DNA from: Dicyema japonicum
Lineage: Eukaryota; Animalia; Dicyemida
DNA length: 64,000 nt
Reading direction: 5' to 3'
NCBI GenBank assembly: GCA_011109175.1
Contig: RDEW01000084.1
Coordinates: 1-64,000, forward strand
The translations under genes and the position numbers were made by a program. This document shows positions 12,167-23,704 of this stretch, piece after piece. Within the stretch, counting starts at the first letter, position 1. Each line of letters opens with the position of its first letter. The notes beneath the pieces were generated by a model. The model was not told the DNA's origin. It did not search any database and saw nothing but the letters and a program-made list of their open reading frames with translations.

Positions 12167-13812
12167 TTATAAATTATGTTGTATCATCAGAATCAAGCAC
12201 TCCTTCCAGCACTATTAGTAATAGAATATTATTTTATTATTAGTAATAGAATATGACCCATCTAATAGTTTTATAATAAATAATAACCATCTGGAATTAA
12301 AAAAGACATCACTTTTTTACCAAAGGATTATTGTCCCCTTCTCTATATAAACATAGCCAGTGATAATAAAATACTACTAATACTATTAAACTAAAAAATA
12401 CTCCACTTAATACTGTTGTTGGTTGTTTGAATAAGGTAATATAATCAAACATCCTATCTCATTGAATGACTCACAAAAAATGCGCAGTAGATTTTACACC
12501 AATCAAATTCACCAACGATTTCAGCCTCTGATCGAACGCATGCTATAATCAAAATAATAGACAACCTTCTGTCGTTTCCTCTCCCAAATCATTATTAAAT
12601 TGGGGATACTCATTCTTTTGGTCTTTTTTTTCAAAGTTGGAATTTTATGATTAACACCAATGATAATAAGAGGATAGACTTGAAAATGGTGGCTGTGACA
12701 TTCCCACAATCTCCAATCCACCGATATATTAATTGATAACAAATTTCCTCTATTCTCATACTCTATCTTTTCTCCATTAGCCGTATCTAATCCTACTACC
12801 TTACTCTTGTAGATCTTTACATCAAGAGATCCTCTCTGGAATTCATACCATATTTATGACATGTTAACCCATCCTCCCTCGAATTCCCGATAAAACAATA
12901 CCTAGGATATGTAACAAAGACAACCTCATTTATTCCACGAAATCTCTTTACCATTTTCATCACTAGGGTTGGTTAACTTAATAAATTTTCTTATTCTTCT
13001 ATTAATTTATAAATATTGATCTTAATAGACTAAACAATTTTTTTCAATGCGATTTTTAAAAAAATTTTTTATTTAAACTTTTTATTTAAATATAATTAAA
13101 ATATTTGGATGAATAAGCGGGAACTTTAATATTATCGTCGTATGTACGCACAAACTTTTCGTATACCTAATTCAAGTGTGGAAAAATAATATATATTACA
13201 TTTTTATTTCTAGGCGAGTTATCTCTCACCGCCCAACCAGATCTTTAGTTGTCCCACACTAGGATATTCTCGGAGGGAATAAATCCTGCTTTAAACTATN
13301 CTCAGACCTTACATCTACCATTTGAGGAGTTCTCCAGATTGGTGGGTTGCAGTTAAGCAATTTATATCATTCAAAATGTTTAACGATAAGGTTCGATCAT
13401 CTGATATTCCAAAACACCCTCATTGTTAAGTTTGAAGAAATAGACTTGGAGCATAAGACATTTGTTGAAATGCTCATAGATCCCCATGTGATCATAATTA
13501 CACAGTTATTATAGATAACATATCCTAGATTCGACCAGATAAATCATTTCAAGCTTCCAAACTGTTCACAAAAGAAGATCATAAACAAGTAATTGTTAGA
13601 TGACTACCAAGAAATGAAAATTGAATGTCTAAAAATTCACTTACAAATCTATTATGGAACCGTAAGTAAGAGAAAACTTCGATAACATACTCTATTTTTA
13701 AATATTTCAAATTCTACTACTGACGAGCTTATTTTTGTTAATATATATTTTGTTAACGTTATAAGCATGTTCTCCACTATTTGATTTTTATATTGTTAAT
13801 ATCTTTTGTTTA

Positions 13813-14140
13813 GCCGGGTGGCATAGTGGTAGTGTTATGTCGGTCTAAAGTGACTTAGGTTATGGGTTCGATTCTCGCTGCTATTCACCTGGTTGAAGGT
13901 TCCAGGCATCTACTATGCTAAAAAGGCTTGACGAGTGACGCCGTCATCAGTGGACTCTCACTGAGGAACTGGATTGTCTAGAAAGTACCCACACACAAGA
14001 AAAAGAAAAAAGAAGTGAAGATCATTCCTTGGTTCTACGATTAGTTAAAATTAACTGTTCTTTACTTAAATAAAGTGTATGTGTCCTGTCTATGCGGAGC
14101 TAATACCGTGGCTCCGTGAAAAAGGCTGTTATTATATTAT
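13813..14140 (+). mobile_element. SINE-A full-length copy (tRNA-derived)
   Basis: Head GCCGGGTGGCATAGTGG (A box) and GGTTCGATTCTC (B box), a body shared with 7 other loci, and a (TAT)n-like tail. Confidence 0.9.
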
Positions 14141-14432
14141 CTTCTATTATTTTTTGTTAAGAATAAATGTCCTATTTTGCTGCATATGTCAGAGCTTAAG
14201 CCATAATTTCAACAACCCTCGCTGTCATCAGTTTCATAGACCTTTGTTTCTTCAAGATTGCTTGTTACAAAGTCTGATCAATAAAGAAAAATTTTCCCTC
14301 TTCTTGTCTGACTTACTCGAGGTATTAATAAACACGTTTGTTCCACTTTAATTTGATCCTTTGCTTCAACGTGGAAACAAGAAAATCATATCTGAGACAT
14401 CTCTCACATATATTACTAAGGTCATGTTCATA

Positions 14433-15430
14433 CAGGGTTTTCCTATTTATTTAATAACTTTGTCATAAAAATTTAATAACTTTGTCAAAATGTTTAATAA
14501 TTCGTCAAAATAACCGAAAACTTATAAATAAATATGAAGCAGGGTTGGCTTATTCAAAAATAAGCGAAGACATCTGTATTAACTATCAGACAGTTGTTTC
14601 TATCCTCAAAAAATACAAAAATACAGGAAGTTTTGCTTCAACAAAAAAATAATTGTGGACGTAAGAAAAAAACTTAATTCATCGGACATCTTATTTTTGA
14701 CTAAAAAATTGAAGAAGATGCTTCATTTACTCTGAAGAATTTAAAAAATTCTTTATTTGATGTGCAAAGAAAAAATGTCTCTTTATCGACAATAAATAGG
14801 ACGCTAGATACATTTGGATATATTTTTAAAAAGATTCAATTTGTACCTATGGCAAGAAATTCTACAATAAATATAGAAGAAATATATAGATTTGCCAGAA
14901 AAATAATTGAAATTGATAATCAACGGTTTATTTTTATAGACGCAATGGGAGTCAATTGTTCTATGAGATCCAAATTTGGAAAGATCCTCAACTCAATCCA
15001 ATTGAATAGTTTTTTTCTGTTTGGAAAAATAACATTAAAAAGAAAAATTGTAGGTACTCTGAGGAATTAATAAAACGCAATCCAAAACATCGGAGAAATT
15101 CCATCAGATGTGTGCAATAATTTGTATAGCCACATGCGGAGCTATTTAGTTAAAGCATTGGCTTATGAAGAATTTTAATTTATAGTTGTTTTTTTCAATT
15201 AATTATAAAATTGGTTTCTTTTAATTTGACCCTTGACAAAGTTATTAGACATTTTGACAGTTATTAAACATTTTGACAAAGTTATTAAGTATTTTGACGG
15301 ATTATTAAACATTTTGACAAAGTTATTAAATTTTATGACAAAGTTATTAAATTTTATGACAAAGTTATTAAATTTTTGACAAAGTTATTAAATTTTATGA
15401 CAAAGTTATTAAATAAATAGGAAAACCCTG
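14433..15430 (+). mobile_element. Tc1/mariner/IS630-superfamily DNA transposon, internally deleted
   Basis: Perfect long TIRs beginning CAGGGTTTTCCTATTTATTTAATAACTTTGTCA, flanked by TA on both sides. Frameshifted transposase with HTH (YQTVVSILKKYKNTG, VSLSTINRTL) and first catalytic motif FIFID. Confidence 0.9.
15225..15417. repeat. Tandem array of ~21-bp units (ttttatgacaaagttattaaa) in the right end of the Tc1-like element
   Basis: About 9 abutting units without spacers; about 3 inverted units lie in the left end. Confidence 0.9.
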
Positions 15431-15699
15431 TAACCGACGTTGTTGTACATTCCCAAATTTAAATTAATTTACTTGTAATATATTTAATTTTTTTAAACTT
15501 TGAGTTTTGTGGTTACTTTATGTCTGATTGTTTGTAAACAAATCCTAAGGGGCGTCTCATTAACGATCCCCTCGTGTAATCTGGGGATAGACAGTAGTTG
15601 ATGTTTTTCTTTTGCCGCATATGTTCTTGGGGGCCATAAGCGCTAGATCAACCTGACAAATCAATCTCTTCCCTATTAAAAGTTCAATCTGCAGATTGC

Positions 15700-15850
15700 C
15701 TATAACCATGTGATTTCGGATATACCTATCCCTTCCCAGACTCAGTCCATGTCGGATACCGGAATCAGGTCTCAGGGAATGATTTGGCTTAAATCTTTTT
15801 TGTAAAATGAGGGCCGTCTTCCGACTTCTTACCTCTAATGGAAACAGTAT
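15700..15850 (-). mobile_element. RTE-like 3' remnant
   Basis: Similar to the RTE-like C-terminal segments at 26940-27060 and 34050-34160. Confidence 0.45.
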
Positions 15851-16199
15851 GAAGTTAACTTAGATGTCTTATTTATAACCCCGGATACACTGAGAAGGAA
15901 GTTAAAGTAAACAACTAATTAAGTGTATCCAATCTCCACTTCTACAAAAACAGACTCCATCCGGAATCAACATAAAGGGTAAAGACGTCCATAGTTGCAG
16001 TTATGGAAAACCCTCCAGTGGAGTGGGGGAGAAACTTAAATGTCTTCAATCACCTTGATGATGTTAGTAGAAACAACCAAACAAATATTAAAACGAGAAT
16101 AACTGATTATTTTAAAGTAAATTCATGTTTTTATTTTTTAATTAGTCTGCTGGTTACTTGAGCGAATCTCGCTCGCCATTCAAATAGGGAATAACCACG

Positions 16200-17000
16200 C
16201 AGTCAAGGCAGCCTCTATATGACCATTTGGGCAGGGCTTCGGCTCATATCTCCTGTTCGTCTGGAGATATGAGATGAAAATTTGATGGTCGATGATTTTG
16301 AAACAAAGACAAAGCCTCACTTGCATAGAGCAACGTCGGCTGGACAAACTGTTTGTAGATCATCTGATGGGATCCAGCGTCACTTCTGAGAGCCTTTGTA
16401 ACGACTTTTAATATCATCATTCTCTTCAGTGCGGCCGTTACCCGGTTATCCACATGCTTTGCGAAGAAGAGTCCCTGATCGAGTGTTACTCCAAATATAT
16501 TTGGTGTGTAATTGATGGGGAAGCTTCAAGACGGAGTTTTTTGAGCCGAGAAGTTAAATTGTTAAGCGTGCTCTTGGCCATCGTGGTAGCAGTTTGGTAC
16601 TTTTTGTCCTTTGCAGCGATAATGATATCGTCCGCGTATGATGGTAGAAGACAAAATGTCATTAATGTACAGATTGAAAAGGGTTAGCGATAGTGGAAAT
16701 CCTTTAGGACTCCATTTGGTAGGAGACGGAATTTTGACTTAATGTTATTGCAAATCACTTGTCCACGTCTCCCACTTAAGAAGTTGGCAATATACAGTTT
16801 TATATTTGGGTGGATGCACGTATCGTAAATTTTCTCAGTAAGGAGTTTTCTTAAGACTGTGTCGAAAGCCTTTGTTATATCAACAGAGACCAAGACTGTT
16901 CGTTGGTACGGTTTAGTGGAATTGAATCCCTCCGCAATAAACTGGCACAGGGACGTAATTTTGCTGTGGAGTGTTTAGCCCGGAATCCATGTTGGAAAGG
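16200..17000 (-). mobile_element. Jockey/I-group-like LINE RT fragment
   Basis: MVSVDITKAFDTV...NFLSGRRGQV...LPNGV, then YADD and IYKQFVQPTLLYAS. Confidence 0.85.
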
Positions 17001-18131
17001 GGAGAGCAGATGTAGTCTCTTCTTTACCAAATAATAATATTTAAATTAGTCTTTAAAATTAAAAAAAAGCATTTTATTAATTTATAAAAAATTCAAATTT
17101 GCCAATCGAATCCGCCGTAATTTCCCAGGTCCCAAATTTGGCAGATTCGAGAAGTTTTACTGTACGTTGGAATTGTTTTGTATAAATGTAGTTAGTTTTC
17201 TTTACATTCATGTGTTAGTGGAAGACCAAGATTAACTCTTCCAGATGTATGACCTTAACTCTGAAAGGGAGTTGAAACCACGGAAGACTTTATGATATCG
17301 CTGGCTGACGATCGAGGAGTATGGAAGAGACTATTATTTAATATTCTATTTTGGATTGCACATACTCCACGTGAATTGTGGGATTAGTGAATTATAAAAA
17401 TGAAACAAAATTGTTAAACAAACATAAAGCAATCCTTCACAACCCATAGGAAAAGACAAGAATTATGCAGACAATAACGTTTTTGAGGACTTTTGTCCTG
17501 ATCGCACCATTACATAATTCAGCGTATCTCAACCTCTTTTTCGCATCATCCCAATGAAAAAAAATTTTGCCTCTCCATAATAACTATAGTAATGTTATAA
17601 TTAGTAAATTTTATTAAGAGGCCCTTGACTTATGAAGGCTTACCAGATGCTCTATATTTTGGATTCTATTTAGTAGGCCTACTCTGATGTCTCCTTTTTG
17701 CAGATACTCAAATATTACACTACTTCCGCTTCATGTGGATATGTTCTCTTTGTTCAACACAATATTAATTGAAGCGACAATCTCATTTGCTATAGAACCG
17801 TTGAAACTTTTAGGGATGCTTGTGAGAGAGACAAGATTGAGATGACAAGTCAAATACCTGACGTGGTTATACAATAAAGGTTACATATCATCTTTCATAT
17901 TATTTAATTCAAGATATCACAAAAACATAAGAATCAAATTAATCTGAAAGAATGGAGTGGCTATTTCCATTGACAACTGCCTATAGATTTATGTGTACCT
18001 CATCCGTTCCCCATTTTCAGTTTAAAGTACATATGTGTCATCTTTAATTTCAATTACCCGCATAATTGCGTCCCAATAGAAGAAGCTGTAAGCACATTAA
18101 TGAATTTTTCTTTGAATCTGTATTATATTAA

Positions 18132-18346
18132 AATTATTCCAAAGACCAAGGATAACCAAACTAACTAAATTCTTGATCCAGACTCGTTCCAGCGTTCCAG
18201 AACAGTCTCCATGTAACGACATTATCCCTGGGGAAAAAATAGTGATCCTCTTGATGCAGGCCAGGCATTGGGCGTCTCCTCAGTAAAGGTTGATCCAATG
18301 ACGCCATCGAAGGGAGACATATATACATACCAGCCACATAGCACCA
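18132..18346 (-). mobile_element. Family C element (leader + HDV-like motif + LINE-type tail), copy 1
   Basis: Collinear with 26191-26450, 31650-31912 and 31942-32147. Ends in ttagttagtttgg...ggtctttggaataa. Confidence 0.8.
18242..18308 (-). ncRNA. Candidate HDV-like ribozyme fold, copy 1
   Basis: GGCGUC AUU GGAUCA ACC UUUACUGA GGA GACGCC CA AUGC CUGGCCU GCAU CAAGA GGAUCA follows the order P1-P2-P3-L3-P3'-P1'-P4-J4/2-P2'. Confidence 0.5.
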
Positions 18347-18939
18347 TATATATACATACTAGTCACAAAGTCCATTTATTACAAGATTATTGTTTTTTAA
18401 TTATTTTTGGACATAAATTAATTATTTCAATTATTTTTTATAATTTAATAAATTGTCAATTTTTATTAATATCTGTTTAAAACCACTCACACATACATTG
18501 GGAATCGTCTTTACTTTTTATGCTGGTTCTGAATAAACTTGTAAGACATGGAAGGTGTCTATTGCAATGAGAATACACTTAATTGACTGTCAACTTCTTT
18601 CTCGGTGTATCTGGGGTTAATAATATTCATCTTACAGAGCAGGACTATAGCAGTCTTATTAATGACAACATCTCTAATTGTTAGAACTATAACATTCGGA
18701 TTTACTGAATTTATAGCTGATTTCACAATGTATTGTCCCGACAATTACATTTAATATTATTTTACAGTTAATGTTACTTTTATCAATAATTGAATAGAAT
18801 TTTTTAATGCAGTTCAATAATATATTCGTTCCTTATTTTTGCCTCTATGGTTTTGAAAATTGAGAAAAAAACAAACCTGTCATCAAATGAAGACTACTAA
18901 TGCCAAACAAAACGATGCTGGTCTAGGTCTAGTTCAGTT

Positions 18940-19590
18940 TGAGCATAAAAGCTTGTCCAAGTCTCGTTGTTTATTAGCGTTCTTCAGAAATCCACACTTA
19001 ATCACGTCCAGACATTTGGAGCCATGCATGCCACTGGTTCAGCGTCCGACCCGCTAATGTAGCGTAGGATCTGGCGTGTGAGACCACTAGAAGCATATGT
19101 CGAAGATAGAAAAGCTGGAAGGGGGAGTTCTACTGGTGAGCTTATTCCGATTCCTCCGTAGAGAAGCGGTAGGTTGTATTGGATCCAGTAATTTTTATCA
19201 AAAAAAATGTTGAGTGTTTCTTCAATGGTAGTTCTCAGCTTCTCGTCGATGGCTCTTAAGAAGTTCATGTCCGTGAAACATGAGGCTGTCCGTAGAAGAA
19301 AAAAGAGTAAGGTGAAAATTCCTGAGGAAAAATAAAGACGTGGAGTCCAGAGTTTTTAATGCATTTTTCTCTTCCAGAAGAGTCGACATATTACTGGCAT
19401 CTAGAGGAGATTCGAGAAAAATCGGGTTTTCGAGTCTGGTGACTGAGACGTCCTGGAGATAGGATGAAATCGTAGTCAATGCATGGTTAAAGTCGTCTTC
19501 TCCGAAAGAAACGTTATGATTCATATTTTGACGGATTCGGTTCCAACCCAAGTTCTTCAAGAGGAGAGATGGCGGACTCAACCTCTGCCA
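18940..19590 (-). mobile_element. CRE-like non-LTR retrotransposon remnant
   Basis: LRAIDEKLRTTIEETLNI...LPLLYGGIGISSPVELPLPAFLSS is homologous to the 23705-26165 copy. Confidence 0.8.
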
Positions 19591-20297
19591 CCATAATTTC
19601 CTAATTCCCCCCGATGGTCATTTTCCTAAACCATAAGTTCATTGGGGTTCTGATCACTAAAGTTGTATAATCGATGCCCAAGGCAAAAAGTAGGAGGAGA
19701 ATGTGGTCGTCTTGTTGATTCCAGTCTTAAATTCGATTATATGTTGTCTTAAGATCAGCGTGAATGGGGTACCATATGAGAGTTTCACCATCCTGATAAT
19801 TTCCGAGATCCTGGAGATGCTAGGTTCTATCGTTAACAGTACAATAGTTGGTTCAAACGGAGTAGGCATTCATCAGTGTTAGATAAGTCAAGATAGGTCC
19901 AGAGGAAGCTCCTGTGATTCCCAAGGCATGGGGGAATGACCAAATTTTCTTTTTAGCTTATAGCACCAAGGGTGTCCAAAATTTGACGGTAGCATTGGAT
20001 TCCGAGTTTCCTCTTGTTTGCTTTGCTGCAGATTAAACAGGGAAGAACTTACGGGAAGTATGGTTTATTATGTCCACTTTCGGTTCACTGTCGTTCGTTC
20101 TGTTAGTAAAATCTACCATTTTTATTCCGAAACTCAAAAGCGGCCCACTAGACCAACTCAACACATTCTTTTGTGTATATATTAAATTCAAATTATTTAA
20201 ATTTATAATATCACGATTCTCATAGATAGTAGCTAACATAAGCAAACATTTCGGAGAAGATAGGTAGATTTTTCCCAAACGTCTCTGGCTCACAGAT

Positions 20298-20622
20298 TAA
20301 TAATAATAATAAAGCCTTTTCACGAGAGCCATAGTATTTATAGCTCCGCATAGGCAGGAGACACACTTTATTTAAGTAAAGAGCAGTTAATTTTAACTAA
20401 TCATAGAACCAAAGAATGATCTTCACTTCTTTTTTTCTTTTTCTTGTGTGAGTGTCCTTTCTAGACAATCCAGTTCCGCAGTGAGTATCCACTGATGACG
20501 GCGTCACTCGTCAAACTCTTTCTGCATCGTAGATGCGTGGAACCTTCCACCAGGTGAACAGCAGCGAGATTCGAACCCGTAGCCTAAGCCACTTAAGCCC
20601 GACACCTAACCACTATGCCCCC
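20298..20622 (-). mobile_element. SINE-A full-length copy
   Basis: Reverse-strand match to the 13813 and 55890 copies, (TAT)n tail, imperfect 10-bp TSD cacagattaa/cactgattaa. Confidence 0.9.
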
Positions 20623-21249
20623 ACTGATTAAATATAATTTTTTTAATTTTTGAGCGTTCATGTGATTTTTAAACAAGCCATACGAGCTAAAATTAATTCT
20701 CATTTGTGATCTCGCAATTCAATGAATTTCAAATATTCATTGCGTTTGATTTAAAAGAGCCAGTACTTTCGGGAAGTAATGTTTGATATATTTATATCAA
20801 TGGTCGTTTTAATATCAAATAACCGCCGAATTAGTAACAAAGAAGAAAGATTACGAAGTAAGTTTATTTATATTTTTAATTAGAAAAAAGATGCGAAATA
20901 ATAGTTCATACACTAGAAAACGAAAATTCAACATGGGAAGATGTATACAAATATTTGCTAACAGAGTAAATCAACTCCACTCACAATTAGTCAATTTGTG
21001 TCTTAATGAATATAATAATGTAACTTATTATGCAACATTGGTGCCACATGTCGAACATAATCGAGCAAATCTAAATTCTTACTGCGAAGTTACATCACTT
21101 CGTTTAATCAATACATTACTTATAAAAAACCTTAACGTAACGACTAATAAGTTTAAGAAGTACGTGGACTGTGTTTTAGGTTACTAACAAACTAATTGTA
21201 CTGTTCTGATTAACGTCGTTATCAATAAATTTTGTGTCTGTCTGTTATC

Positions 21250-22770
21250 AATATATAACCAGATATTTTTCTCACTGAATTCAAAAATGGAGTATAGAAG
21301 AAAAAACTCATAGACCACGGAAACACTAAATTAACTAAAATTTAATTGATCCATTTTATAGAAGGATCCACAAAACTGAAGAAATAGTTTGCAAAATAAC
21401 AGAGCTTACCAGAATGAGAGAAAACCAAAGATATGATGATGAAACGAAGGATATGCTTTGCCAATGTGGATATCCAAAATCAGAGAAGATTGAATTCGGG
21501 AGAATCGGTGCTTGTATTCATGATAACATAAGATTGAGAAGAAACGACTTCTAACCAATGAATCTAGGAAGGAATTCAGAAATCATTATTGGTGTTTTGA
21601 ACTCAATCGAAGATATTTTATCGTGAATTCAACGAGGAGCAAAATACTCTGAATTTTTGTTTAACGAAAGCTAGTGTCTTTTATTTTGGGAAAAATATCC
21701 GAAAAAAAAGAGGGGTTACTACCGAGTGGCTCTGTCACCGCAAATCTTTGACTTGTAATGGACCTTCTTAGCAGGATACTAAATGCGAGATATCCCAAAT
21801 TGTTATTGACAACCATGATTTAAGATCCCCTAGTTATGCAACAAACCACCTGTGTTTATGGACGACAAAAAAATGTTCTCTCAAAAAGAAAACGCAACGA
21901 TTATGATGAAGGAGGTTAATTCTTTCTTTGAAGCACTAGAGTTAAAGAAATGTCGAAAATCTGCTACTAATGTGCTCACACTGGAACCTAAGCTAATTTG
22001 CATGACAGAATGGATGGATATAGATACTTTGATGTGTTGGAGGATAGAAAAGGCAACGTGTTGAAGCCAATATTTGACGGGGTTAAAAAGAAGATTGACA
22101 GTCTGGAAAATACAAGACTGAACTTGGGTAGCATGTTAAAAGCCATAAACAAACATGCCTTATCCTTATAAAATTACAATATTGGACTCACAGATTTGGA
22201 ACCTTCAGAATTTGAGCTGATCTACCAAAACATAAGGAACAAGAAAAGACTCTATCTGCCAAGAGATAAGCTTGCAAGAAGATTGGTATCCATTATTCAT
22301 AAGATAAACGGATGCTTTTACAATTCTTCCAAGACTTGGAGAAGTCAAATTATTGTTTGAAGAAAGCAGGGATTCTAATGCGTCATAAAATCAAGGAAAA
22401 CAACATTTAGCCACAATTGGTAGAAATTCCTCAATCTAAGATATAAAGAACCCCGCTGTTTTGCATCTGACTTATCAAAGCTCCAGGAGATATTGTTAAT
22501 CGAAGCACAGACGATGTATTGATATGTGGGACAGGAAAATCTTGAAATACAGAATTGATGTGATCCAAACAATGCTACAAGAAGCTTGGAAAGTTAACGC
22601 CGAAAAAAATTGAAGAGTGCAGCTTCTAAGGTTAACTGGAAAAACCCTTGTTTCTGGATAACGTACAGGAGGCTAACGAATGGGAGTTTAAAAGCGAAAA
22701 CATTGAGCTAGCCGATCAAAATGGAAGGAAAATCCCATTGGAAAAGTTCCTTCGGTATTCCGAAATCAAC
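21250..22770 (+). mobile_element. R4/Dong-like non-LTR retrotransposon, degenerate
   Basis: FMDDKKMF...LELKKCRKSATN and downstream YKITILDSQIWK-like segments; many stops and frameshifts. Confidence 0.65.
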
Positions 22771-22849
22771 TAGAGAATATACAGGGTGTTGATCCTATTA
22801 GTGTTATAAATGAAAATTTTTAGAGGAGTTGCCTAATTTCATGGATTAC

Positions 22850-23560
22850 TCTCTGGAAGATCTGGGTAGTTTGACAGAAAAGTCTCAATGGCAGAAGTTA
22901 GAACAGCAATTCGTGAATGCAAAAACAAGGCCCCAGGATTTGATGGCATTCCTATGATTATGTTCAAAGAAAGTTTTGATGAACTATTGCCTGTTCTAAG
23001 AGAGATGTATGACTCTAGTTTCAGGCTCGGACACGTGCCTCCTTTATGGAAACGATCTATTGTTAAGATGATCCTCAAGCCAGGAAAAGCAAGGAAGGAT
23101 CCCCTCAGTTATAGGCCGATAAGTCTTATATGTTCTACATCAAAGATTATGGAACGTATTGTATTTAAAAGACTGAATCCGTATATAGAAGGGAGCAACT
23201 TTCTGCGACCTAATCAATTTGAAGGACATCGAAGGGCGAAGGAAAAAGGCTTTGCAAACACTGAACTGTACTAAGAGACTGAAGCTAGACGTTGATTCCA
23301 TGCTCTTCATCTACCGGAATGTGATTCTTCCCAGACTGATCTACGGAAGCGAGGGATGGTTCCACACCCCCTCGAGAGAAAGGATTCTCGCCCGACTGGA
23401 GAAAACACGGCGGGCGGCGATAAAACTAACCCTCGGTAAGAAATTACATGAAGTTCTGACGGAGGAAGAGAAGAAACTTGTCAGGCCGATCAAGGAAGAC
23501 ATCCGAATCAGGACGTCAAAGTAAAAAAGACATAGAATGGATTATCAGAAAAAAGGGTAC
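22850..23560 (+). mobile_element. Jockey/I-group-like LINE RT (second family) with the RT core deleted
   Basis: KAPGFDGIP...WKRSIVKMILKPGK...SYRPISLICSTSKIMERIV...NQF is joined directly to the thumb region IYRNVILPRLIYGSEGW. Confidence 0.85.
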
Positions 23561-23704
23561 CGTGATGAAGAGTCTAGGCCTAACAGGCAGACTTATTAGT
23601 ACCTAATTCGTAACATGTTGTTTTTGATTTGATTTAACGTTCATGTGAATATTAAACAAGTCATACGCGCTAAAATTAATTCGCACAAGAGATCTCGCAA
23701 TTAG

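Noticed and set aside
13813-13880. tRNA genes at the SINE-A heads
   Set aside because: The A and B boxes are present, but the acceptor and anticodon stems do not close. Every head is fused to the same body and tail with TSDs.
15225-15417. CRISPR-like repeat array
   Set aside because: The units abut without unique spacers, lie inside a transposon end, and the DNA is eukaryotic.
20480-20520. Hammerhead ribozyme on the SINE-A antisense strand (CTGATGA...)
   Set aside because: Stem II is followed by CAAAC rather than GAAAC, and there is no NUH triplet with a stem I.
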